DNA from: a virus
Lineage: Duplodnaviria; Caudoviricetes
Virus record (IMG/VR): IMGVR_UViG_3300003430_000018
Coordinates: 1 to 46,581 of that record
Strand: one strand, 5' to 3'
DNA: 46,581 bases
Shown here: piece after piece, positions 1 through 8,678 of the stretch
Numbering within the stretch: the first letter of the stretch is position 1
How the letters are laid out: every line of letters begins with the position of its first letter
The notes under the pieces: model-generated
What the model was told of the DNA's origin: nothing
The model's database searches: none
The model's input: the letters and a program-made list of their open reading frames with translations, nothing else
Program-made: the position numbers and the translations under genes

Positions 1-707
1 ACATAGTTTTCATTCAATTCCAAAGTATAATGTAATACATTTTTACCTTGACGCATTGCTTCTGCACCCATCTTGGCAAGAACCCAACTCTTACCACTAC
101 CAGCACAAGCAGTAATAATTCCAAGTTCACCACCAGCAAGACCACCATCCATGATATTATCTACTTCTGTCCAATTGGTCTTGACAGTCTTACGTGCCAT
201 CATGCTCATACGTTTTTCAATATCAACCATGTATTCATGACCAATATTACGTTCCATACCAGCTTTCATGGCAAGATCAACTACATGCTTGATTTTGTCA
301 TACTGACCACTCTTCAAGTGATCAACACTCTCCATAATAGCATTCTTAATTTTCTGATTCTTACAAAATTCAAGAAACTGTTCTTTAATATACTTCAAAT
401 CAGTATCACTGATCTTTTGATAAACCAAACGAAGTTGTTCTACAACTGATTGTTTCAACAAATCATTTTCAATACTATCAACTTTAACCTTAAAGACTGC
501 CAAGGTTGGCAAATCTTTATATTGAAGAAAGTAACTGATTGTTTCTTTAACAATAAATTTATGTGCATCCGTCTCAAAACTATCTGGTTCCAAGATATCA
601 CTGATACGCTCAATGAATGTTTTATCTGACACCAAACCACTAATGCATTTGATTTGGAATTCAGATCCGAATTTCTTTAGGTTATCTACGATATATTTCT
701 CACTCAT
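1..707 (-). CDS. Replicative DnaB/T4 gp41-like helicase, N-terminal part (runs off the left edge)
   Basis: Not in the ORF track. Manual translation from ATG at 707 gives MSEKYIVDNLKKFGSEFQIKC...MDGGLAGGELGIITACAGSGKSWVLAK...GKNVLHYTLELNENY, open to base 1. It contains the Walker A motif (AGSGKS) and the DnaB-type 'VLxxTLE' motif. Confidence 0.9.
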   Translation of the reverse strand, partial: MSEKYIVDNLKKFGSEFQIKCISGLVSDKTFIERISDILEPDSFETDAHKFIVKETISYFLQYKDLPTLAVFKVKVDSIENDLLKQSVVEQLRLVYQKISDTDLKYIKEQFLEFCKNQKIKNAIMESVDHLKSGQYDKIKHVVDLAMKAGMERNIGHEYMVDIEKRMSMMARKTVKTNWTEVDNIMDGGLAGGELGIITACAGSGKSWVLAKMGAEAMRQGKNVLHYTLELNENY

Positions 708-760
708 AATTTATTAACTTTCAATAGACTACACTACAAACCCCCAGTTGAAAAGTTCTT

Positions 761-1828
761 TTATAGAACCATTGAATTAATTTTTCCAAACACTTCATTC
801 AACCAGATTTGTGAATTTGGAAAATTGTTTTGCATACAATCTTCAACCAACAATTTACTAAAACCAAATCTATCCAATTTGTTAATTGGCTTTTCAATGA
901 TTTCATTAATCCGTAGTTGGCTGAAAGATTGTATTTGAGTGTCATGTAACTGCATCAGATCATAGTTCCGTTGCATTACATGCTTGTTGTCTAATATAGT
1001 GTTATATAACTTTAATTTACCCTTCTTACTATCACTATAGTTATATATCTCCTGCAATGTATATTGATGATCTTCTGTAAAGATAGGAAAACACTTAATA
1101 ATTGTTTTTAATCCTGCACCAGAAATACCGTCAATGTTATCACTTGTATCACCTTCCATAATTCTGTAATTAATGAAATTCTTACAACTGATACCATACT
1201 CCAATAGAATTTCTGCACAACCATACAATTTCTTTTTAGTTGGACTCCAGACTTTGATTCTGTCACCAGCTAATTGTAAGAAGTCTTTATCCGCACTCAT
1301 AATGGTAACATTACTATTTTTAAAATATTCTGTTGCCAAATATGCAATTGTGTCATCAGCTTCAATATGATCAATTGCCATAGTTGTTACAGGCAATTTA
1401 TCTAGATATTGTACAGTTCGTAACAACTGTTTCTTTAAATTTTTATCTTCTGTATCTGGATCAGATAGATCATCATAAGCTCTGTTGAGCCTAATTTTTG
1501 TCTTTCTACCGCTCTTGTATTCTGGATAAATCTTCCGTCTTTTCAGTGAACCCCCTTGGCCATCAGACACAACCACAATCTTTGTAGGATTGATTAGTTT
1601 TGCTGCATAACCAATGCTTTTTAAGCACCCTGCAATTCCACCAGTATGATTACCGTTGGTATTGAGGGAGGGGGAGGCCATGAACGCTCTAATAAAAGTG
1701 TTCATGAAATCAACAATTAGAACTTCAGAATTGGCGGATCTATTCAATCCGCCAACTTTTTCTTCTTGTTTTACATTATCAAATAAAGAAAACAACCTCT
1801 TTTTTTCACTGTCAGATAGATTACTCAT
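761..1828 (-). CDS. 5'-3' exonuclease / flap endonuclease (T4 RNase H / Pol I N-terminal family)
   Basis: Motifs LIVDFMN, DG..GS..RR.IYPEYKSGR, IEADDTIA, MSADKDFLQL, GDTSDNIDGISGAG. Start moved to ATG 1828 (MSNLSD), which overlaps the recA stop codon. Confidence 0.92.
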   Translation of the reverse strand: MSNLSDSEKKRLFSLFDNVKQEEKVGGLNRSANSEVLIVDFMNTFIRAFMASPSLNTNGNHTGGIAGCLKSIGYAAKLINPTKIVVVSDGQGGSLKRRKIYPEYKSGRKTKIRLNRAYDDLSDPDTEDKNLKKQLLRTVQYLDKLPVTTMAIDHIEADDTIAYLATEYFKNSNVTIMSADKDFLQLAGDRIKVWSPTKKKLYGCAEILLEYGISCKNFINYRIMEGDTSDNIDGISGAGLKTIIKCFPIFTEDHQYTLQEIYNYSDSKKGKLKLYNTILDNKHVMQRNYDLMQLHDTQIQSFSQLRINEIIEKPINKLDRFGFSKLLVEDCMQNNFPNSQIWLNEVFGKINSMVL

Positions 1829-2972
1829 TCTCAGATGATACACCAGAATCTTCATCCGTGTCAACAACTGCGTCATCAACAATGATGCTATTTGGATCTT
1901 TGTATTTCATAACTACAGCGTCACAAATCTTCAAGTAAACTTCTTCACTCAAAGCTTTGTCAGTTTTCATTGTTTCTACAAAGTCCTTGGATTGGAACTT
2001 CCATTCACTACCATCATCCTTCTTATAGGTATAATAAGCACCACCTTGTTTTACCAAGTTGTTTTCCTTCAACACTTTGATCCAACTGCCATAATCAGCA
2101 ATTCCACTATCAAAGTAAATATCAAAAGATGCTTGACGTTGTGGTGGTCCCATACGGTTCTTGACAACTACTGCTTTACATTCATTGCCAATAACTTCTT
2201 CACCTTTCTTGAGTTTACCAGTGTTGTTCAAACGAACACGAACTGAACAATGATAAGCAAGTGACTTACCACCACTTACTACATACTTGTCACCAAATGC
2301 CATAGCATTTAGATTCTGACGTAATTGGTTAGTAAATACAGTAAGTACTTTTTGACGACCAATCATAGTAGTAATCTTACGCATTGCTTTGCTGATAATA
2401 ATAGATTTACCAGTAGCAAATCCATCTTTACCGTGATCACTTTCTAGTTCTGCTTTTGTGGAAGCAGCAGCAACAGAGTCAACAATAATTGTAAGAATAC
2501 GGTCTTTGTTTGACTTACGTACAATTCCAATCATTTGTTCCATCTTTTCAAAAATATCTTCAACGGTTTCACATTGAACATATAGAAGTTTTGATAGATC
2601 TACACCAAGACTCTTCCAGAATTCAGGAGCAGCAGCATTTTCAGTGTCAATAACAACTGCAATGCCACCCTTCTTTTGTGTATCTGCTACAACATGAGCA
2701 GAAACTAGACTCTTACCAGTACCTTCCAAACCATTGAATTCAACCATCTTTCCAACTGGCAATCCACCGTGAGGACGATTGCTAATAGCTAGATCAAGAA
2801 TAGAAGAACCTGTACTAATCCAATCACTAATTTCTGCTGGATTTTCTTGCTCATCCAAGAAATATGCAATCTTACCACCATCTTTATTGGCTTTATTCAA
2901 CTCATTTGCTAGTAATTCAACTAACTCATCTCTTTGAGGAGTATCTTGCGTAACTTGATTTTTCTTTTTCAT
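1821..2972 (-). CDS. recA: RecA/UvsX recombinase
   Basis: ISTGS..LD.A, GGLPVG, Walker A GLEGTGKS, IDTE, Walker B IIVDSVAA, NQLR, GGK.L.YH.SVR, KNR..PP. Confidence 0.96.
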   Translation of the reverse strand: MKKKNQVTQDTPQRDELVELLANELNKANKDGGKIAYFLDEQENPAEISDWISTGSSILDLAISNRPHGGLPVGKMVEFNGLEGTGKSLVSAHVVADTQKKGGIAVVIDTENAAAPEFWKSLGVDLSKLLYVQCETVEDIFEKMEQMIGIVRKSNKDRILTIIVDSVAAASTKAELESDHGKDGFATGKSIIISKAMRKITTMIGRQKVLTVFTNQLRQNLNAMAFGDKYVVSGGKSLAYHCSVRVRLNNTGKLKKGEEVIGNECKAVVVKNRMGPPQRQASFDIYFDSGIADYGSWIKVLKENNLVKQGGAYYTYKKDDGSEWKFQSKDFVETMKTDKALSEEVYLKICDAVVMKYKDPNSIIVDDAVVDTDEDSGVSSENE

Positions 2973-2985
2973 AAATTTATATAAC

Positions 2986-3021
2986 TAAAATAGGGGTGGC
3001 AGTAATATATACTACCACCCC
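2986..3021 (-). terminator. Rho-independent terminator after the SSB gene
   Basis: Minus strand reads GGGGTGGTAGTA-TATAT-TACTGCCACCCC (GC-rich stem, 2993-3021), followed by TATTTT. Confidence 0.75.
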
Positions 3022-3038
3022 ATTACAAACAATTAATT

Positions 3039-3860
3039 TTAACTGTTAAACAAGTTATCAAAAGCAGCAGTTACATCATCTGTATTTGCTTTGGATGCCT
3101 TTGCACTTGGTGATGCGGTACTAGCTTTAGCTGTACTTGGAGCTGGTGCTGTTGCAAATGGAGGAGCGTCATCTTCCACAATTGCGTTGACAGTACCTTC
3201 TGTAGCCTGAGCTTCAGGATTCAACCAAGCATCCATTACTGACTTTAGTTCATCATATGAAAACTCTGGAAATAGATCCAAAATGTTCACTTGTTGAGCA
3301 AGAACATCCTTTTGGGATACGTCAATTGCAATAGTTGCATTTGGCTTGACACGGATAGTAGTTTCTGGGAATGACTTACCAGAATCTTCTGCGGTACGGA
3401 ATTCTACAACAATGTCACGACCATGGACTGGATCAGTGATATCACCGTAATCAGGATCATTGATGATTGATAGAATTTCTTGGTAGACATTCTTACCAAA
3501 TCCCCAGAACTTAATTCCTTCACTTTCTTCACCACGAACCAAGATTGGAGCGTATGTACGCATCTTTGGTTCCATCTTACGTCCCAACTGCCAATCTTCC
3601 TTGTTTCCGGTCTTCTTCATACGATTTGACCATTCAACAATAGGATCTGGACGGTTGAAACTATCAGGAGATAGATAAGTCTTGTTGTTGATATTATAGT
3701 GGAACTTCAACTCAATAAATGGATTATCAGGTTGATACTTGTAGGGAACAATACGTACAACTTGTTTGCCTGGCTTTGGTTTCCAGATTAGTTGAGTTTT
3801 GTTGTTTGTGTTTGAAAGTGAGTTCAAACGACTCTTTAGCTTACTTAGGTCTAATGCCAT
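3039..3860 (-). CDS. Single-stranded DNA-binding protein, T4 gp32-like
   Basis: WKPKPG..VRIVP, F.E..FHY, 'DYGDITD...GRD' motif, flexible linker and acidic/aromatic C-terminus (DDVTAAFDNLFNS). Adjacent to recA. Confidence 0.85.
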   Translation of the reverse strand: MALDLSKLKSRLNSLSNTNNKTQLIWKPKPGKQVVRIVPYKYQPDNPFIELKFHYNINNKTYLSPDSFNRPDPIVEWSNRMKKTGNKEDWQLGRKMEPKMRTYAPILVRGEESEGIKFWGFGKNVYQEILSIINDPDYGDITDPVHGRDIVVEFRTAEDSGKSFPETTIRVKPNATIAIDVSQKDVLAQQVNILDLFPEFSYDELKSVMDAWLNPEAQATEGTVNAIVEDDAPPFATAPAPSTAKASTASPSAKASKANTDDVTAAFDNLFNS

Positions 3861-3941
3861 AATTAGTAATTATTTAATAGTTAATTTTTAAGTGTTAATT
3901 AATAAGTTTTGTAACTCATTGAGTGACTCACACGAATCACT
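3861..3941 (-). promoter_or_regulatory. Putative translational operator in the SSB leader (hairpin plus unstructured A/U tract)
   Basis: 8-bp stem AGTGATTC-GTGT-GAGTCACT (3941-3922), then about 50 nt with no G and repeated TTAA units up to the ATG. Confidence 0.45.
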
Positions 3942-3984
3942 TGTTCATAACACTACATAACTATGGCACAGGACTCAGAAAAGT

Positions 3985-4374
3985 TCAATTAATTATATTG
4001 AAAATTTTGACAGGAATAATTCTGACGGACACATCACCGGTTAAAATAATTGAATTTTGGTACAATTCCCAGTTCAATTGAAAGGTTTTATCAAAAACAC
4101 CACTGTTTTCTTCAGTGATCAACTTATTCATTGCGTTCAATGTATAAATTGTATTGGTTTGTTTTTTTCTATGTACGCTTATTGTATTTGGCAATTTGTT
4201 GAATTTATCATCTGTAAGTTCAACATTATAAGTCAGATACAATTCTTTTAAATTTTTTGTATTACTGAATATAAATATTTTTTCATTTAGAATAGTGTAG
4301 TTTTGTTTTATCAAATCTACGCAACTCAAATATTCACTGGACGTAGTGAATGTGCAAAGTAATTGTTTTTTCAT
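3985..4374 (-). CDS. Hypothetical phage protein (129 aa)
   Basis: Clean ORF with an ATGA-type 4-nt overlap with the upstream gene. No recognisable catalytic motif. Confidence 0.8.
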   Translation of the reverse strand: MKKQLLCTFTTSSEYLSCVDLIKQNYTILNEKIFIFSNTKNLKELYLTYNVELTDDKFNKLPNTISVHRKKQTNTIYTLNAMNKLITEENSGVFDKTFQLNWELYQNSIILTGDVSVRIIPVKIFNIIN

Positions 4375-5003
4375 TTAATTATTAGTTGTTTACCATCTAC
4401 ATACCACAATTTGCCCACTACGTTACCGTTAGAGTCATACCATGTATTTTTCTTTTGATAAAAACCAAATGAATTGGCTTCTTCAAGGGTATACTCTGTT
4501 CTTAAAATTTTCTCTACTTCTGCAGAATCTGCTTGTTTTTCTTGTGGTGTTCTAGTGTCTTGTTCTTCACCATCTTTTGGTTTTTGATCACTTTGAGCAG
4601 CTGGTGGTTCTGGAGCTTTTGGTTGATCTGGTGTTGGTTTTTGTTGTGGTTCTGCTTTTGGTTTTTCTTGAGCATCTGGTTGATCCGCAAAAACATTTGG
4701 ATCACCTTTCATTGGGTTTTTCTCAAAGTGAGTTCCCTTTGCAATTGCTTTTTGTTTATATTCTGGGGTTGGAAAGGTTACAAGAATACCATTTTTATTG
4801 TATGCTTGACGTTCAGGAAATTTTCCTTCTACAACATTGTTTAGATAATCAGTGACGGTTTCTACTGACATACCTACTTCCAATAGATTACCTCTCAAGA
4901 TTTCAATGTGTTCTTGTTTGGTGATATCAAATACACCATCTTCAATAGATATGTCTCTGCTTGATTTGTCTAATGCTTCAAAAATTAATTTCTTAATGTT
5001 CAT
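4371..5003 (-). CDS. Hypothetical protein with Pro/Gln/Lys-rich linker, possible internal head protein
   Basis: Tightly packed ORF. N-terminus MNIKKLIFE; low-complexity segment QPDAQEKPKAEPQQKPTPDQPKAPEPP. Confidence 0.75.
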   Translation of the reverse strand: MNIKKLIFEALDKSSRDISIEDGVFDITKQEHIEILRGNLLEVGMSVETVTDYLNNVVEGKFPERQAYNKNGILVTFPTPEYKQKAIAKGTHFEKNPMKGDPNVFADQPDAQEKPKAEPQQKPTPDQPKAPEPPAAQSDQKPKDGEEQDTRTPQEKQADSAEVEKILRTEYTLEEANSFGFYQKKNTWYDSNGNVVGKLWYVDGKQLIIK

Positions 5004-5004
5004 A

Positions 5005-6858
5005 TTAAAATACTTTATCTTGTGGTATTGCGGTTTTGTTTACTTCAGCTTTGAATGTAAAACTACTTTGACTGTCATTTCTTAGTTCTACTAATGAATA
5101 ATAAGGAACTACTTCATCATCAATTATCTGTAATTCAAATATAAGATATAAATAAATAATAAAATAATTTCCATCCTTACTCTTTTTTATTTCAATTTTA
5201 CCAACTTTAAAATCACCACCTTTTTGTTCTGCTATACTTGAAATTGAATATTCTTTCTTCTTACCCAATCTTTGAATCTTTTTTCCGTCATATTTAATCA
5301 ACGGAAGACCATCATTCTTACCAAATATAGCTTCAGCAGATATTTGTGAGGAAATGTTTATAAATTCATCTTTGATCTTCTTTTGATCACTTAAACTGCT
5401 TCCTTGACTCATTACTTTATCCAATATCTTTTCAAAAAATTCAAATGCGAGAATATTAGAATTGAAATAAATGACGGGTTTGAATGCATCTCTGTCAATC
5501 AAAGTTATTGGTTCACAGGTAACTTTTTTTGTAACGCATTTACTATTTTTTAATGGTACAAAGTATGTATTCCAAATATTATTGATATTATTCTTAATAC
5601 CTGTTATAGTAGATTCATCAATATCTTGTACATCAGTTACAAATATTTTATTGTTATCTAGTTGTTTTGATTTTTGAATTATTCTACCAATTAAGCTTTC
5701 ATAATTGATTTTTCTAACTTCTCTAACCAAAACTGCGGTATTTGTATAAAAACTATGAGTTACTTTGATTGGTTCATCTTTTCCTTCATTTGTTGTTTCT
5801 ATTTCTTTTCTTAAATTTTCTTCTGCATTTACCAATGGAAAATACTTTGTTTTAATAGCTTGCATTTCATCTTTAAATCCTAATACAATAGAACCAAATA
5901 CTTTGGTGGTAACTTTTTTCAAATTACCAGCAAATTCACTCATTGTATCAGCTAATGATTTTGGTATATTACCAACTGCGGTAACTAGTTTTGTTAAACT
6001 AGATTTCAACGCATTCATAAACTCCACTTCAGTCAACAATTGTTTGTCAACATAAATGTCTTGAAAAATCTCAGCAATATAAGATTCATTGATTTGAAGG
6101 AAATCATCAGGAGTTAATGCCTGTGGATGTCTTATACTTGGTGATGCGGATGAAGTATCCCCCAACATTGGTCTTAACAATGTTAATATTCTACCAGCTC
6201 TACCTTTACCAGCCTTTAAAGAAACTATTGCAAACCTCTTACTGGTTTCTTTGTTTTTATTATCCAAAATAACACACAAACTTTGTTCTTTGCCTGTACT
6301 ACCTACTTTATTACTTTTTAACGCAGAATAAACTTCATCTGGTGTACATCCATACAATAATACAGCATCACCAGTATTTTCTTTGGATTTATCTTTGCTC
6401 TTATATTGACTTAAATTAAATGCATCATAAAACTTAGTTATGTCTTTGTTGATAAATCCACTTGGTTTTGTACCAGTAACTTCTTCTAATGATGTTCCTG
6501 AATTTCTACCTGAAATAGAATCATAGTAGTTTTTGTATGCCAAATAACCTTTATACAATTCATTCTTCTCAAGACTCAGTTTCATTAATGGATCTTTTGA
6601 AATCTCATTTACTTTGAGTCCAATCTTTTGATCCAATTGAATCCACGTTTGAACTTTTCTTAATGCATCAATATGATAATTACCACTGTCACCAAAAATG
6701 ACATACAACGGCCATGTTTCTTTAATCTTAGTATCTAGTGGTGTGTCAATCTTTTCAAAATTTGCAACCACTTCATCAAGCAAGTCTAATAAATCCTTTG
6801 GTAAAGGTAATAAAGCTGCTTTTGGTGTCTTTGGTTTTGCTTCTTCAATACTATCCAT
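5005..6858 (-). CDS. Large hypothetical protein (about 617 aa), possibly with a PD-(D/E)XK-like N-terminal domain
   Basis: Start moved from TTG 6894 to ATG 6858 (MDSIEE), 5 nt downstream of an ATATTTAT motif. 'NTGDAVL...IVSLK' weakly resembles a nuclease active site; function uncertain. Confidence 0.7.
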   Translation of the reverse strand: MDSIEEAKPKTPKAALLPLPKDLLDLLDEVVANFEKIDTPLDTKIKETWPLYVIFGDSGNYHIDALRKVQTWIQLDQKIGLKVNEISKDPLMKLSLEKNELYKGYLAYKNYYDSISGRNSGTSLEEVTGTKPSGFINKDITKFYDAFNLSQYKSKDKSKENTGDAVLLYGCTPDEVYSALKSNKVGSTGKEQSLCVILDNKNKETSKRFAIVSLKAGKGRAGRILTLLRPMLGDTSSASPSIRHPQALTPDDFLQINESYIAEIFQDIYVDKQLLTEVEFMNALKSSLTKLVTAVGNIPKSLADTMSEFAGNLKKVTTKVFGSIVLGFKDEMQAIKTKYFPLVNAEENLRKEIETTNEGKDEPIKVTHSFYTNTAVLVREVRKINYESLIGRIIQKSKQLDNNKIFVTDVQDIDESTITGIKNNINNIWNTYFVPLKNSKCVTKKVTCEPITLIDRDAFKPVIYFNSNILAFEFFEKILDKVMSQGSSLSDQKKIKDEFINISSQISAEAIFGKNDGLPLIKYDGKKIQRLGKKKEYSISSIAEQKGGDFKVGKIEIKKSKDGNYFIIYLYLIFELQIIDDEVVPYYSLVELRNDSQSSFTFKAEVNKTAIPQDKVF

Positions 6859-6899
6859 ATAGGATAAATATTTAGAAAAACAAAAGAACTCCAATCTTT

Positions 6900-8258
6900 T
6901 TAGATATCTACCACTGTCATCTCATTATAATTGCGTCCAATATAACATTTTACAGGAAATTGATTGTTTGACATCAATCTTTTCAATTCCACCAAAGTTT
7001 CTTTTTTGTCACCTTTATGACAATCAAACAACACACTGTCATAAGTATACAGTATAGCCTTGGTTTGTTTTTTGTTACACTCAAGATATTCATTGACCCT
7101 TACCAATGACTGCATTCCAAACTCCGTTTCACTGGCTTGTAAGATATAATTGAACAATTTATTTGGATTTGGTTCATTTATATGGTTTGTAGTAATCCTT
7201 CTTTTATAGATTGGTGTTTCTACATAACCATTTTCATTGAAGAACTTCCATCTATGAGCAATATAATCACTCATTTTCTTGTAATAAGGAACCTCCAACA
7301 ATTCAGATGGAATATTACCATACATACACTGAAATGTAAGATTCTTTGACGCTTTGATTTCATCTTCTGTTAGACTGTCCTTACCATAATACAATCTTCC
7401 AAGATACTCATAAGCATTTGGAGGAAGGTTATAATTGATCAACTTTGCAACTATGTGGGGGTGGTAGGCACTATAATCAATCATGAACAACATACCATCA
7501 TCACCATATCTACTGATAAATGATGATCTACACCCGTTTTCTTTGTTTAGAGCACTATAGTTTACGTTACCAAACCTATTACTAGGTCTTCCTGTTGCGG
7601 TATATAGGTTATATTGTGTATAAACATAACCATCCTTATCTTTGACCGTTTTGTTCTCAAAATGCCTATTAAACAATTCTACGTCAACTTTTAATCCATT
7701 GTGTTCAAGAATTCTAAGATTTTCAGTAATAGTTCCGTTAATACTATAAAAACTATCATCCAACTTCAACATTTGGACTCTTTTAAGCATTTCACTGTAC
7801 ATCTTCTCAAACTTCTCTAAATGTTTCACAATAGGAATACATTTATTCAAATCACTATAACACATAAACTTGTGTTTATAAAATGAATGAGCAGTTGTAT
7901 CAAAACCAGTATAATCATCTATCTTACCGTCAGTAATAAAAAACAAGATGTTAATATCATACAAATTCTGTACTGGCATCAGATGCATGAACTTCTTTTT
8001 ATCATAAATCCACTTTTTTCCTTTGAGTTTATTGAAGTCTTCAATCAATGTGGTTTTATCCACACAAAATCTTGAGTCTGGATGATCTACAGAAATTATA
8101 TAAGTTTGTTTACTTTTGATTGTATAAATCATCAATAAACACGGTTCATCTGCACATGGATGAAAGCATTCATCATTTTGAATGCAATCCATGATTAAAT
8201 CACTGTTCCAATTATCTTGTAAAAAGTTTTTGTAACTCTCAGTGTCTTTGATGACCAT
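6900..8258 (-). CDS. Compact, divergent family A DNA polymerase-like protein
   Basis: TATGRPSN (motif 2), IDYSAYHP (motif A), KNLTFQCMYG (motif B), NYILQASE, YTYDSVLFD (motif C). Only 452 aa. Confidence 0.85.
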   Translation of the reverse strand: MVIKDTESYKNFLQDNWNSDLIMDCIQNDECFHPCADEPCLLMIYTIKSKQTYIISVDHPDSRFCVDKTTLIEDFNKLKGKKWIYDKKKFMHLMPVQNLYDINILFFITDGKIDDYTGFDTTAHSFYKHKFMCYSDLNKCIPIVKHLEKFEKMYSEMLKRVQMLKLDDSFYSINGTITENLRILEHNGLKVDVELFNRHFENKTVKDKDGYVYTQYNLYTATGRPSNRFGNVNYSALNKENGCRSSFISRYGDDGMLFMIDYSAYHPHIVAKLINYNLPPNAYEYLGRLYYGKDSLTEDEIKASKNLTFQCMYGNIPSELLEVPYYKKMSDYIAHRWKFFNENGYVETPIYKRRITTNHINEPNPNKLFNYILQASETEFGMQSLVRVNEYLECNKKQTKAILYTYDSVLFDCHKGDKKETLVELKRLMSNNQFPVKCYIGRNYNEMTVVDI

Positions 8259-8264
8259 ACTGCA

Positions 8265-8292
8265 AGTATATCCACAATGTATATGGTGTCAA
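8265..8292 (-). promoter_or_regulatory. Sigma70-type promoter of the PolA-like gene
   Basis: TTGACA (8292-8287), 16-nt spacer, TATACT (8270-8265), ending 6 nt before the ATG. Confidence 0.7.
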
Positions 8293-8303
8293 TTTTATAC
8301 TTT

Positions 8304-8678
8304 TTATCTATAAAATTCAAGAGGATCTTTTAAAACTCCTGATATTCCTGGCATTAATTTTTCTGCATTTCTAATAGAAGACAAATTATCTTCTCTAACA
8401 CCACTATATGTTTTAACCTTGTTTTGATAAACATCTGTTTTTGATCCTGTTATTCTCCAAATCAAATTAATTTTAGAATACAATCCATTTATAATATTAT
8501 TATAAGAATCACCGGACACTTCATATATTGTTCCGTCATTGATTTTTTTTGCAAAATATCTGGTTATATAACCTCTATTATAATCATCTGTAGTAGGAGC
8601 TGGTTTTGTATATACAGGATAATCTCCTTGTATTATATCAAAATATAGTCCTCTAGTATCATCAGTATATGTTTTCAT
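8304..8678 (-). CDS. Hypothetical protein, probably baseplate-associated
   Basis: TAATG-coupled to the upstream hub gene; last gene of the baseplate operon. Confidence 0.7.
   Translation of the reverse strand: MKTYTDDTRGLYFDIIQGDYPVYTKPAPTTDDYNRGYITRYFAKKINDGTIYEVSGDSYNNIINGLYSKINLIWRITGSKTDVYQNKVKTYSGVREDNLSSIRNAEKLMPGISGVLKDPLEFYR

Noticed and set aside
48-640. ORF-track calls 48..449 (+) and 455..640 (-)
   Set aside because: They are shadows of the true minus-strand helicase frame starting at 707.
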